32,000 bases of DNA. Source: Acaryochloris marina S15. Its GTDB lineage: Bacteria; Cyanobacteriota; Cyanobacteriia; Thermosynechococcales; Thermosynechococcaceae. A program made the translations under genes and the position numbers. This document shows, in pieces, positions 10,390 through 20,159 of the stretch (position 1 is the first letter of the stretch; the number at the start of each line of letters is the position of its first letter). The DNA is taken from assembly GCF_018336915.1 (NCBI RefSeq), contig NZ_CP064923.1, positions 1,350,001-1,382,000 on the forward strand, given 5' to 3'. Under the pieces are notes generated by a model that saw only the letters and a list, made by a program, of their open reading frames with translations, did not search any database and was not told the DNA's origin.

Positions 10390-11379
10390 GTGAAAGTTCC
10401 AACGGCGATTCTCACCTTAATTATTGGGATTCTAATTACCCTTGCTAGCCTCTGGGTCAGTCAACACAATGATGTATTGCTGCCCATTGCTGCAGCATCT
10501 GAAGCAGCAGAAATCGATCGCTTATTTGCCGCGATGATGGCCATTGCCACGGGCCTATTTCTGATTGTTCAAGGGGCGTTGCTATATTCCTTATTGGCGT
10601 TTCGCCGTAAGCCTGATGATCAGACGGATGCTGCACCCGTGCATGGCAACATTCCTTTAGAGATTGTTTGGACTGCCATCCCTGCAATGTTAGTGCTCTG
10701 GTTGGGAATCTATAGTTTCGATGTCTATCAAAGTATCGATAGTGTGGGCACGATGGGATCTCACAATATGGCCCATCAGCATGGCGATATGGAAATGGCG
10801 GCTGGTTCAGATTCAGCCCAAATGGTTGCCGATCAAGGGCAGATGTCTTCAGATGCGCTTAGCCAAGCGATGGCGACTGAAACCCTTGCTCCTTTGCAGG
10901 TTAATGTAGATGGTTTGCAATATGCCTGGTTATTTACCTATCCCGATACGGGCATTATTTCCGGTGAACTCCATTTACCTGTTAATCGGCCAGTGACCCT
11001 TAACATTTCGGCGAGAGACGTGATTCATGCGTTTTGGGTGCCTGAGTTTCGCTTGAAGCAAGATGCGGTCCCTGGGCAGGTGACTCACTTGAATTTTCAG
11101 CCTACAAAAGAAGGGGTTTATCCGGTGATTTGTGCTGAGTTATGTGGTGCTTATCACGGAGCGATGAAAACCCGCTCCATTGTTCACTCTGCCCCTGAGT
11201 ATCAAACTTGGGTGGATAGTCAACTTGTGGCGAATACCTCAAGGGATACTATGGCTCAATCTGAAGGCTCGTCCCCCTTAGAACATCATGCTGCGGCTAT
11301 GGGCATGCCTGAACATTTGCATGACCTTTCACCCCAGTCGGATTTAGCTCAGGCTGGCAACTTCCCTTCAGAGTCATGA
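10390..11379 (+). CDS. ctaC: cytochrome c oxidase subunit II
   Basis: 329 aa with a GTG start. It has two N-terminal TM helices and a cupredoxin domain with CuA ligands (DVIHAFWVPEF ... CAELCGAYHGAM). Confidence 0.92.
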   Translation: MKVPTAILTLIIGILITLASLWVSQHNDVLLPIAAASEAAEIDRLFAAMMAIATGLFLIVQGALLYSLLAFRRKPDDQTDAAPVHGNIPLEIVWTAIPAMLVLWLGIYSFDVYQSIDSVGTMGSHNMAHQHGDMEMAAGSDSAQMVADQGQMSSDALSQAMATETLAPLQVNVDGLQYAWLFTYPDTGIISGELHLPVNRPVTLNISARDVIHAFWVPEFRLKQDAVPGQVTHLNFQPTKEGVYPVICAELCGAYHGAMKTRSIVHSAPEYQTWVDSQLVANTSRDTMAQSEGSSPLEHHAAAMGMPEHLHDLSPQSDLAQAGNFPSES

Positions 11380-11445
11380 CAGCATTATTTATTTTGACGA
11401 TAAGACAACGATTTCTGTGATTACCCCGGGATAAAGGATTGATTT

Positions 11446-13113
11446 ATGACGGAAGCGCAAGCACCCCATCTAGAAGAAGTAGAGGTGACGCCTTGGCGCG
11501 AATACTTCAGCTTCAGTACTGACCATAAGGTGATTGGCATTCAATATCTGGTCACTAGCTTTGTGTTCTATCTGATTGGTGGACTCCTGGCTGAATTGGT
11601 ACGGACTGAGTTGGCTACCCCGGCTTCGGATTTTGTGCCACGGGAGACCTACAACGAACTGTTCACAATGCATGCCACGATCATGATCTTTTTGTGGATC
11701 ATCCCCACTCTTACGGGAGGATTTGGCAATTTTTTGGTGCCCCTGATGATTGGGGCTAGGGATATGGCCTTCCCGAAACTGAATGCGATCGCATTTTGGA
11801 TCATTCCGCCCACAAGCATTTTGTTGCTATGCAGTTTTTTTGTTGGACCCGCTGCTGCAGGTTGGACTTCCTATCCACCTTTGAGCCTCATTACCAACAA
11901 AGCTGGAGAAGCTATCTGGATTTTGGGCGTCATTCTCCTGGGGACTTCGTCGATTATGGCGGGGCTGAACTTCCTGGTCACCATCCTCAAAATGCGAATT
12001 CCCAGCATGACCTTGAATGATATGCCTCTCTTTTGCTGGGCCATGCTCGCCACTTCGGCTTTGCAGCTGATTGCGACTCCTGTTCTGACTGGTGCAATGG
12101 TGTTGTTAGGCTTTGACTTGTTGGTGGGGACCAACTTTTTCAATCCGGCGGGTGGTGGTGATCCGATTGTCTACCAGCATATGTTCTGGTTTTATTCCCA
12201 CCCAGCGGTTTACATCATGATTTTGCCGGCTTTTGGCTTAATCTCAGAAATTCTGCCGGTTCATGCTCGTAAGCCCATTTTCGGTTATCAAGCAATTGCC
12301 TATTCTAGTGTTGCCATTAGCTTTTTGGGATTAATTGTCTGGGCCCACCATATGTTCACGAGTGGCACCCCCGACTGGCTACGAATGTTTTTTATGATTG
12401 CCACAATGGTGATCGCCGTGCCCACGGGCATTAAGGTGTTTAGCTGGGTGGCAACGGTCTGGGGCGGCAAGCTGAACTTATGCAGCGCCATGCTGTTTGG
12501 GATGGCCTTTGTCTCCATGTTTGTTGTGGGTGGTCTGAGTGGGGTGATGGTAGCCTCAGTCCCCTTTGATATCCATGTGCACGATACCTATTTTGTTGTT
12601 GCTCACCTGCATTATGTGTTGTTTGGTGGCAGCGTGTTTGGCATCTATGCCGGGCTCTACCACTGGTTTCCCAAAATGACCGGGCGGATGCTGAATGAAT
12701 TTTGGGGAAAAGTGCATTTTGCCATGACCTTTGTGGGCTTCAATATTTGCTTTTTGCCGATGCATGTCTTGGGATTGCAAGGGATGAATCGCCGGATTGC
12801 CGAATATGATCCGAAGTTTGCGGCATTGAATTTAGTTTGCACGATTGGTTCATATATTTTGGCTGTATCGACGGTGCCCTTTATCGTCAATGCAATATGG
12901 AGTTGGATTGCTGGCCCCAAAGCTAATAGCAATCCTTGGAAAGGTCTCACTCTAGAGTGGACCGTTCCTTCTCCCCCCCCTGTAGAAAATTTTGAGGAAG
13001 ATCCAGTTCTAACCATTGGCCCCTATGACTATGGAACCCCTAAGGCCCTAGATTTTGTGGCGGCAACCCTAGCGCCACCGACCCCTGCCCTAGCAGGAGA
13101 AAGCTCAGAGTAA
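11446..13113 (+). CDS. ctaD: cytochrome c oxidase subunit I
   Basis: 555 aa with about 12 TM helices and heme-copper oxidase motifs: HATIMIFLWIIP, WFYSHPAVYIMILPAFG, WAHHMF, VVAHLHYVL. Confidence 0.95.
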   Translation: MTEAQAPHLEEVEVTPWREYFSFSTDHKVIGIQYLVTSFVFYLIGGLLAELVRTELATPASDFVPRETYNELFTMHATIMIFLWIIPTLTGGFGNFLVPLMIGARDMAFPKLNAIAFWIIPPTSILLLCSFFVGPAAAGWTSYPPLSLITNKAGEAIWILGVILLGTSSIMAGLNFLVTILKMRIPSMTLNDMPLFCWAMLATSALQLIATPVLTGAMVLLGFDLLVGTNFFNPAGGGDPIVYQHMFWFYSHPAVYIMILPAFGLISEILPVHARKPIFGYQAIAYSSVAISFLGLIVWAHHMFTSGTPDWLRMFFMIATMVIAVPTGIKVFSWVATVWGGKLNLCSAMLFGMAFVSMFVVGGLSGVMVASVPFDIHVHDTYFVVAHLHYVLFGGSVFGIYAGLYHWFPKMTGRMLNEFWGKVHFAMTFVGFNICFLPMHVLGLQGMNRRIAEYDPKFAALNLVCTIGSYILAVSTVPFIVNAIWSWIAGPKANSNPWKGLTLEWTVPSPPPVENFEEDPVLTIGPYDYGTPKALDFVAATLAPPTPALAGESSE

Positions 13114-13160
13114 CTTGACTCTATTTAGTAAACCGGACATTTTAGCAATATTGGATAGCC

Positions 13161-13787
13161 ATGCAAGGTTCAACAACCGATCAAAATCAAGCCGATATTA
13201 CCTATGCAGCCACGGTAGAGACAACTGAGCATCATAGTGAACATCCCGATTTACGGCTTTTTGGGTTTATTGTCTTCCTCGTCTCAGAAAGCATGTTGTT
13301 TCTGGGACTCTTTGTGGCCTATTTCGCCTTCCGCGTGGTGACGCCTGAATGGCCACCCGAAGGCACTGAAGAACTTGAATTGATACTCCCTGGAATCAAC
13401 ACCATCATTTTGATTTCCAGTAGTTTTGTGATTCATAAGGCTGACACTGCGATTAAGCAGAGTGGGGATGTTAAAGCAGCCCGATTATGGTTTGCGATCA
13501 CCATTGCCATGGGGGCGACCTTCTTAGCCGGTCAGGTCTACGAGTACAACCATCTTGGATTTGGTTTAACCACCAACCTCTTTGCCAGTACCTTCTATTT
13601 GTTGACAGGCTTCCACGGACTGCATGTATTTGTAGGCTTACTGTTGATGTCATCAGTGTTGTGGCGTTCACGAGTTCCAGGTCACTATTCTGAAACCAGC
13701 CACTTTGGGATTGAGGCCACCGAAGTTTATTGGCACTTTGTGGACGTTATCTGGATTGTTTTATTCCTGATTTTGTATATCCTCTAA
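13161..13787 (+). CDS. ctaE: cytochrome c oxidase subunit III
   Basis: 208 aa hydrophobic protein with the subunit III motifs TGFHGLHVFVGL and YWHFVDVIWIVLF. It is the third gene of the operon. Confidence 0.9.
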   Translation: MQGSTTDQNQADITYAATVETTEHHSEHPDLRLFGFIVFLVSESMLFLGLFVAYFAFRVVTPEWPPEGTEELELILPGINTIILISSSFVIHKADTAIKQSGDVKAARLWFAITIAMGATFLAGQVYEYNHLGFGLTTNLFASTFYLLTGFHGLHVFVGLLLMSSVLWRSRVPGHYSETSHFGIEATEVYWHFVDVIWIVLFLILYIL

Positions 13788-13873
13788 GGCCAGACCTTTT
13801 TTGAACAGGGCAGATGATTACTTTGTTTTGAGCCTTTGGATCATCAAAGGCTGAACCAATCATATGAATGCAC

Positions 13874-13920
13874 TGCAGATAAATCCTAATCTTTGCCAAA
13901 AAGTATTGGGTTTATCTGCA
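13874..13920 (+). terminator. possible terminator hairpin downstream of ctaE
   Basis: 10-bp stem, tgcagataaa (13874-13883) pairing with tttatctgca (13911-13920), followed by tttgtgt. The loop is large (27 nt) and the T tract is weak. A second 8-bp hairpin (agcctttg/caaaggct) lies at 13831-13852. Confidence 0.3.
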
Positions 13921-14074
13921 TTTGTGTACTGAGAGCCTGCTAAAACGTTGAGTTTTGAACCCTCTGGATATCCAAGTAATGAAAGGGGCCACCCCAATTC
14001 CTACAGGCCTGAAGCAAGAATGCTGACCTCAATGCGATACTATTCCCTAGTTTGAAACTGGCACTGAATAATCT

Positions 14075-14941
14075 GTGGCAAATTTACCTCCCTGGCTGAT
14101 TCTAGATCCACTTCTACAAGCCTGGCTGGCTGAAGATATTGGCCGGGGCGATCGCACGACCCAGGCCCTCTGGCCTGCTGGGTCAGAAGCCGAGTGGGGG
14201 CAAGCTGAACTCCGTCTTAAGCAGCCGGGGGTCGTTGCGGGTTTGCCTTTGTTTCAGCGAGTATTCCATCTCCTGAGTTTCCAGGTGGAGATGCATTCTC
14301 TCGTTAAAGAGGGAGAGAACAGTTCTTCTGAGACCGTTGTTGCCCAGCTCCAAGGACCCATGAGTGCCTTACTGATGGGAGAGCGGGTCGCCCTGAACTT
14401 GATCATGCCGTTAAGTGGCATTGCCTCCCTAACTCGCACCTATGCCGATAAAATTGCCGATTTACCGACTCAGCTCGTTGATACTCGCAAGACGACACCT
14501 GGCCTGCGTATCTTAGAAAAATATGCCACCCAGGTCGGAGGAGCGATAAATCATCGCATGGGCTTGGATGACGCGGTGATGATTAAGGACAATCATATTG
14601 TTGCTGCTGGGGGAATTGGTGAAGCCGTTCGTCGCGTGCGTCAACAAATTCCGTTTCCCCTCGCCATTGAAGTGGAAACTGAAACATTGGAGCAAGTCCA
14701 GCAGGCTGTGGATAATCAGGCCGATATCATTATGCTGGACAATATGGCGGTTGAGCAGATGCAATCTGCCGTCAAACTGATTCGAACCCAATGTGCCCAC
14801 ACGGTCAAAATTGAAGCTTCGGGCAATATCAATTTACAAACGATTAGAGCGGTTGCCGAAACAGGCGTGGACTATATCTCTACGAGTGCCCCGATCACCC
14901 AAGCGAGTTGGTTGGATCTGAGCCTTAAGTTTATGGACTGA
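14075..14941 (+). CDS. nadC: nicotinate-nucleotide pyrophosphorylase [carboxylating] (quinolinate phosphoribosyltransferase)
   Basis: 288 aa with a GTG start. It carries the typical NadC segments AEDIGRGDRTT, DTRKTTPGLRILEKYA, HRMGLDDAVMIKDNH and IMLDNM. Confidence 0.9.
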   Translation: MANLPPWLILDPLLQAWLAEDIGRGDRTTQALWPAGSEAEWGQAELRLKQPGVVAGLPLFQRVFHLLSFQVEMHSLVKEGENSSSETVVAQLQGPMSALLMGERVALNLIMPLSGIASLTRTYADKIADLPTQLVDTRKTTPGLRILEKYATQVGGAINHRMGLDDAVMIKDNHIVAAGGIGEAVRRVRQQIPFPLAIEVETETLEQVQQAVDNQADIIMLDNMAVEQMQSAVKLIRTQCAHTVKIEASGNINLQTIRAVAETGVDYISTSAPITQASWLDLSLKFMD

Positions 14942-15207
14942 TCAAGGCTTTTGAGGGGTTGAGCGACCGGTCAGGAAACAAAACTTAAAGATTGCTCTCA
15001 TTCAACCCTAAATATCTGATATCCGTAGGCTTGGAAAGGTTTTCAGAGGTTCTAATTCTGTTGTTTGAGCCAGAGGTTTGTTATCTGAACCCTGCTCGGT
15101 GGGTATGCAAGAATCAACAAACAGTGCGACCCGCTACGTTTTGCGGTTAACTTAGAATATCTTGATTACTGGACGATTTTTATTGTCTTACATGCAGGTC
15201 ATCCCCC

Positions 15208-16197
15208 ATGTCTGACCTTCCGTTTACGCTTGATCAACTCCGCATTCTCAAAGCAATTGCTGCGGAAGGGAGTTTTAAGCGTGCCGCTGATAGTTTATAT
15301 GTCTCTCAACCCGCCGTTAGCCTTCAAGTTCAGAACTTAGAGCGTCAGCTAGCCGTACCTCTTTTTGACCGAGGAGGACGACGAGCCCAGTTGACTGAAG
15401 CTGGCCATCTCTTGCTTGACTATGGCGATAAAATTTTAGCCCTTTGTCAGGAAACCTGCCGCGCCATTGAAGATTTGCAGAACCTGCAAGGGGGCACCCT
15501 CGTGATTGGGGCTAGCCAGACCACAGGAACGTATCTGATGCCGCGTCTAATTGGATTATTCCGTCAGGCCTATCCTGATGTAGCCGTCCAGCTTCATGTT
15601 CATTCCACTCGCCGCACGTGCTGGAGTATTGTCAATGGGCAAGTTGATTTAGCGATTATCGGCGGTGAAGTCCCGTTGGAATTGCAAGAATCCTTAACGG
15701 TGACTGCTTATGCTGAAGATGAGCTGGCCTTGATTTTGCCGAAGTCCCATCCGCTTGCTGAGTCTGCAGTGATTCAACGGGAAGATCTGTACAAGCTTAG
15801 CTTTATCACCCTGGATGCCCAGTCCACGATTCGCAAGGTGATTGATCAAATCCTAACGAGAGGCAACATCGATCCTCGTTTGTTAAAAATTGAAATGGAA
15901 CTGAATTCCATTGAAGCGATTAAGAATGCGGTTCAGTCGGGTTTAGGAGCTGCTTTTGTCTCCACATCTGCGATTGAGAAAGAACTTGAGTTGGGTAGTT
16001 TGAAGCGCGTAAAAATTGAGAATGTTGCTATAAAGAGGATATTATCTCTGATTATCAACCCCAATCGATATCGCTCCAAAGCGGCAGAGATTTTTATCTC
16101 CGAGATTTTGCCCAAGTTTAGTACTCTATCCTCAGACCTAAAAGGAATTGCGAACTCATCTGACGATGCCGAACTTGTTACCTCTGCCACTAACTAG
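15208..16197 (+). CDS. rbcR: LysR-family transcriptional regulator, RbcR/Ycf30 type
   Basis: 329 aa. The N-terminal wHTH segment [43 protein letters not shown] and later blocks ([41 protein letters not shown]) closely match my recollection of cyanobacterial RbcR (Sll0998-like) and plastid Ycf30. Confidence 0.8.
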   Translation: MSDLPFTLDQLRILKAIAAEGSFKRAADSLYVSQPAVSLQVQNLERQLAVPLFDRGGRRAQLTEAGHLLLDYGDKILALCQETCRAIEDLQNLQGGTLVIGASQTTGTYLMPRLIGLFRQAYPDVAVQLHVHSTRRTCWSIVNGQVDLAIIGGEVPLELQESLTVTAYAEDELALILPKSHPLAESAVIQREDLYKLSFITLDAQSTIRKVIDQILTRGNIDPRLLKIEMELNSIEAIKNAVQSGLGAAFVSTSAIEKELELGSLKRVKIENVAIKRILSLIINPNRYRSKAAEIFISEILPKFSTLSSDLKGIANSSDDAELVTSATN

Positions 16198-16223
16198 TTT
16201 TTGCGAGTAGCTGCATATCTTCA

Positions 16224-17729
16224 ATGGAGATTTACTGTACCCGCCCGAATTGTCAGCGCCCGAATAACTATTTTGCTGACCTGGATGATCCTCAGGCTCT
16301 CAAAGCTGTACAGCAAAAGTTTTGCTTAAGCTGTGGAATGCCGTTGATCCTTATTGGTCGATATTTACCGTCGCGACTGCTGGCAAAGGGTGGATTTGGA
16401 GCGGCGTATCTAGCTTGCGATCGCTACACGCCAGGCTTACGGGATTGTGTGGTGAAGCAATTTCAGCCCACGGGTTTAGGGCCTAGCCAGATGCAAATGG
16501 CCCAAAGCTTATTTCAGCGAGAAGCCGAAGTCCTGGAAAAATTGGGTCGGCATCCGCAAATTCCGGATCTATTTGCTTTTTTTGAGTTACCGGTCTCTGG
16601 GCGAGGATCACAACCCGCTGAAGATTTTTTCTATTTGGCCCAAGAATTTATTGATGGCAAAACTCTTGAAGAAGAGTTAGACGACAAAACTCAGTTTAAG
16701 GAAAAGGAAATCCTGGAACTGCTGGCAGAAATTCTGCCTGTTCTCCAGTTTGTCCATGAGAATGGCTCGATTCATCGGGATATTAAGCCTTCGAATATCA
16801 TGCGCCATACCCATACCAATATGACCCAAACGGGAAATGGGTTGCTGTATCTCCTGGATTTTGGGGCCGTGAAGCAGGTCGCCAATGTGGCAGCCCCTAC
16901 CCCCAGCAAGGCCACCAGTATCTATACCCCCTTCTATGCTCCACCGGAGCAAACCCATGGTAATCAGGTGTTTCCCTCGTCCGATTTATACGCGTTGGCC
17001 GTCACCTGTATTGTGCTGTTAACGGGTAAAGCCCCCAACGACTTGTTCGATACGTCCCACAATCAGTGGAACTGGCGACCCCATGCTCAGGTGAGCGATC
17101 GTTTGGCTCTGATTTTGGACCGGATATTAGAGACTTCACCCCAAAAACGATTTCAGTCTGCTGCCGAAATTCTGGTGCAGTTGGGTCAACCCCGTTCCAG
17201 TCTGGGGCAGCCACTTAACTATAGTCAGCCCGCACCCCAATCTCCATCCCCACCCGCTCCTGTGTCGCCAGCTCCTGCCAGTCCTGTACCTCAGGCAGCC
17301 AGTCCTGTACCTCAAGCTCCTGTGCCTCAGGCGGCTAGTCCTGCTATCCCGACCCCCGTGCGTGTCAAGACACCACCACCTCCTTTTTCGCTAGTTCGCA
17401 TGTTAGGGGGAGCTGCTTTCACGGGGTTTGAAGGAGGCGTATTGGCAGTGGCACTGACGAGCTTTTTGGGTACAACCCTGATCAGCGGTGGTTTTTGGAT
17501 AGGCCTAGTGGCTGTTTTGGTCTATTGTCAATTGCAGCAATGGATTGAGCGGGTTGATTTGGCCATTATTGCCGTGCTTACCTTGGTGATTATCTTCTTT
17601 GTCCCAGCGCTTCAAGGCGGTAACCCCATTCAATCTATTTTGTTGCTGGGGGTTGTATCGGGTTTAGTGTTGATGACCCTGAGCCTAGTGTTTCGACTGA
17701 TTTATGGTGTTTTATCTCAGTTCCTTTGA
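16224..17729 (+). CDS. Ser/Thr protein kinase with N-terminal 4-Cys zinc-ribbon prefix, Pro-rich linker and C-terminal membrane domain
   Basis: 501 aa. The N-terminus has CTRPNC...CLSCG (4-Cys). Hanks kinase motifs are present: GGFGAAY, VVKQF, IHRDIKPSNIM, LDFGAVK, YAPPEQ. Next come a P/A/S/Q-rich tract and about four hydrophobic helices. Confidence 0.9.
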   Translation: MEIYCTRPNCQRPNNYFADLDDPQALKAVQQKFCLSCGMPLILIGRYLPSRLLAKGGFGAAYLACDRYTPGLRDCVVKQFQPTGLGPSQMQMAQSLFQREAEVLEKLGRHPQIPDLFAFFELPVSGRGSQPAEDFFYLAQEFIDGKTLEEELDDKTQFKEKEILELLAEILPVLQFVHENGSIHRDIKPSNIMRHTHTNMTQTGNGLLYLLDFGAVKQVANVAAPTPSKATSIYTPFYAPPEQTHGNQVFPSSDLYALAVTCIVLLTGKAPNDLFDTSHNQWNWRPHAQVSDRLALILDRILETSPQKRFQSAAEILVQLGQPRSSLGQPLNYSQPAPQSPSPPAPVSPAPASPVPQAASPVPQAPVPQAASPAIPTPVRVKTPPPPFSLVRMLGGAAFTGFEGGVLAVALTSFLGTTLISGGFWIGLVAVLVYCQLQQWIERVDLAIIAVLTLVIIFFVPALQGGNPIQSILLLGVVSGLVLMTLSLVFRLIYGVLSQFL

Positions 17730-17741
17730 TTGTTTAGCCCC

Positions 17742-18851
17742 ATGAGTGATCCTCTACCCCCCGGTTTGTCCCCTTGGGTTGTCGCAGAACAATTCAAACC
17801 TGCAGGGACCGTCGTTGATATCCAAGAATTTGGTCAAGGCAATATCAACAGTACGTTTCTGGTGACCTTAGATGCTGCGACGGACCAACGGTTTATTCTG
17901 CAGCGAATTAATACCCAGGTGTTTCAGCAGCCTCAATTGGTGATGCGGAATATTCGCACCTATTCGGAGCATGTTTGCCAACGACTACAAACAGATGGCT
18001 GTCAAAGACGTTGGGAAGTGCCCCAAGTCTTTCTTACCCAAGACCGTCAGGACCATTGGGTCAGTCCGAATGGTGACTTTTGGCGGGCCATGAGTTTTGT
18101 GGAAACGGCCCAAGCTCTCCAGGAAATCACGACCCCTGATCAGGCGGAAGAGGTGGGCTATGCCTTGGGTATGTTTCACCATCTAATTAGCGATCTACCG
18201 GCGGAGCAGTTGGCGGATACCCTGGAGGGCTTTCATATTACCCCTCAATATTTACAGCAGTTTGAGCAGGTGCAGGATACTCAGGTTGAGTTGACGCCTG
18301 AAGTGGAATATTGTCTGCAATTTGTGTGCGATCGCAAACAAGATACCAATATTCTCGAAACGGCTAAAGCGGAGGGCAAACTCCGCATCCGTCTAATGCA
18401 TGGCGATCCTAAGATCAACAACATCTTGATGGATACAGAGACCCAGCAGGCGGTGAGTGTGATCGATCTCGATACGGTGAAACCTGGGTTGATTCACTAC
18501 GACATTGGTGACTGTCTGCGGTCGGGCTGTAACCCCTTGGGAGAAGAAACGGAACAGTGGGAAATGGTGCAGTTTGATCTCAAGATGTGCCAGCGGATTC
18601 TACAAGGATATTTGGCGGTCGCTCAGTCTTTCCTGACAGACGATGATTATGACTACCTTTATGATGCCATCCGCCTGATTGCCTTTGAACTAGGGCTGCG
18701 CTTCTTTACGGACTACCTTGCAGGCAATGTTTATTTCAAGGTCAACCATCCAGACCATAATCTCAACCGCGCCTTAGTTCAGTTCAAACTGACGGAGAGT
18801 ATCGAAGCCCAATCCGAAGCGATTCAAGCCCTGATCCAATCCTTGCGATGA
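17742..18851 (+). CDS. APH/choline-kinase-fold phosphotransferase family protein (NahK-like), substrate unknown
   Basis: The track ORF begins at TTG 17730, directly after the kinase stop codon. I prefer the ATG at 17742 (MSDPLPPG...). It has the Brenner-type catalytic motif LMHGDPKINNIL followed by VIDLDT, plus an N-terminal GQGNINSTFLV nucleotide-loop-like segment. Confidence 0.75.
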   Translation: MSDPLPPGLSPWVVAEQFKPAGTVVDIQEFGQGNINSTFLVTLDAATDQRFILQRINTQVFQQPQLVMRNIRTYSEHVCQRLQTDGCQRRWEVPQVFLTQDRQDHWVSPNGDFWRAMSFVETAQALQEITTPDQAEEVGYALGMFHHLISDLPAEQLADTLEGFHITPQYLQQFEQVQDTQVELTPEVEYCLQFVCDRKQDTNILETAKAEGKLRIRLMHGDPKINNILMDTETQQAVSVIDLDTVKPGLIHYDIGDCLRSGCNPLGEETEQWEMVQFDLKMCQRILQGYLAVAQSFLTDDDYDYLYDAIRLIAFELGLRFFTDYLAGNVYFKVNHPDHNLNRALVQFKLTESIEAQSEAIQALIQSLR

Positions 18852-19372
18852 CTGCCTTTACCCTTCAGCCCTTTGGCGAACCCCACCCCGAGATCACAAT
18901 TGCAGGCACCTTAGAGCGAGAGGGGCATCAACTTGCGATCTCATACACAGTTTCCGGCAACTTAAATCAGGTAATCGTTCCCCCGCCGTCGTCACCGACT
19001 CGCCAATTTGATCTGTGGGAAGCGACCTGTCTGGAATTTTTCCTAGGGCAGCCTCACCAGCCCAATTATTGGGAGTTTAATCTTTCCCCCGCCGGAGATT
19101 GGAATGCCTTTCACCTTGAGGCTTACCGCCAAGGCTTACAGGAAGTTGAGGCGATCAAGGCGCTGCCGTTCCAAGTTCATCACCAGCAGACCGCCCTCAC
19201 TTTGTCTTTAACCTTTGATCTCAACCAAATTATGGCTACTTCCCCTGCTTTAGACGTGGGGATTTGTGCGGTGATTCAATCTCCTGACCTGCCCCTGACC
19301 TACTGGGCATTATGCCATCCAGGATCTGAGGCTGATTTTCATCAACGGGATAGTTTTATTCTGGTGCTCTAA
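18848..19372 (+). CDS. hypothetical protein, possibly DOMON/CBM9-like beta-sandwich
   Basis: 174 aa. Its start overlaps the upstream stop as ATGA, suggesting translational coupling. The family guess rests only on a loose recollection of similarly sized cyanobacterial proteins beside APH-family genes. No diagnostic motif was identified. Confidence 0.5.
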   Translation: MTAFTLQPFGEPHPEITIAGTLEREGHQLAISYTVSGNLNQVIVPPPSSPTRQFDLWEATCLEFFLGQPHQPNYWEFNLSPAGDWNAFHLEAYRQGLQEVEAIKALPFQVHHQQTALTLSLTFDLNQIMATSPALDVGICAVIQSPDLPLTYWALCHPGSEADFHQRDSFILVL

Positions 19373-19570
19373 CCTCTGACTGGTGGAGAAAGCAGGTGCC
19401 GGTAATCCATTCTCAAAGTATGGATGCCTACAGATGATTTCCCTCTCACACACCTGAGAGTCACAAACTTACGAGTTTTTACGGTGGCAACAGACTGCTT
19501 TGCGCTTTTACCTTAAGACTAATGCCAATAATGGTCGTCCATTCGCCGTTCTTCTTCTAAACCAGAAATT

Positions 19571-20137
19571 ATGAATGTACAAGCTCCAACACCGCCAATA
19601 GTGGTGACCCAAGATTGTCACGTGTTGATGATTGAAGAAGAAGAAGGGGTTCGCTGTGTATTATTAGAGTCCCCCACCTATTCTCTAGGGCGAGATAAGA
19701 AAAATTCCATTGTGTTGCCTGCGTCCAAAGCAGTATCTCGTTTTCATGCCATGCTGTTGCGTATCCCTGGTGCCAATAGTTCTGGCTATAGCTACCGAAT
19801 TGTCGATGGAGATGCAACGGGTAAGCTCAGCACCAATGGTGTCGTCGTCAATGGTGAACGTACAACCTCTCATACCTTGGTCGAAGGGGATGCCGTTATG
19901 TTGGGCAATGTTAAAGCGTCCTATCGCTTAATGACCTTGTCTCCTTCAGGACTGAACCAGGTGAGTGTCGAAGGATTAGATATTCGCAGTACCCTGCCCC
20001 ATGTTTTCAATCCCCACGCCACTCTGACCAGAGAACATGCTGTTCCATCGGGCATGAATAATACAATGCCCCCGATCGAAGAAGATTTACCGCCCACCAT
20101 GTTTTTTAAGAAAGCCCCCAAGAAAACAGCACCTTAA
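19571..20137 (+). CDS. FHA domain-containing protein
   Basis: 188 aa. The FHA core reads YSLGRDKKNSIVLPASKAVSRFHAMLL ... YRIVDGDATGKLSTNGVVVNGERTTSHTLVEGDAVMLGN (G-R ... S-x-x-H ... NG signature). The C-terminal ~60 aa look disordered. Confidence 0.85.
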   Translation: MNVQAPTPPIVVTQDCHVLMIEEEEGVRCVLLESPTYSLGRDKKNSIVLPASKAVSRFHAMLLRIPGANSSGYSYRIVDGDATGKLSTNGVVVNGERTTSHTLVEGDAVMLGNVKASYRLMTLSPSGLNQVSVEGLDIRSTLPHVFNPHATLTREHAVPSGMNNTMPPIEEDLPPTMFFKKAPKKTAP

Positions 20138-20159
20138 TGGTGGCCTATAGCCTGAGAGG

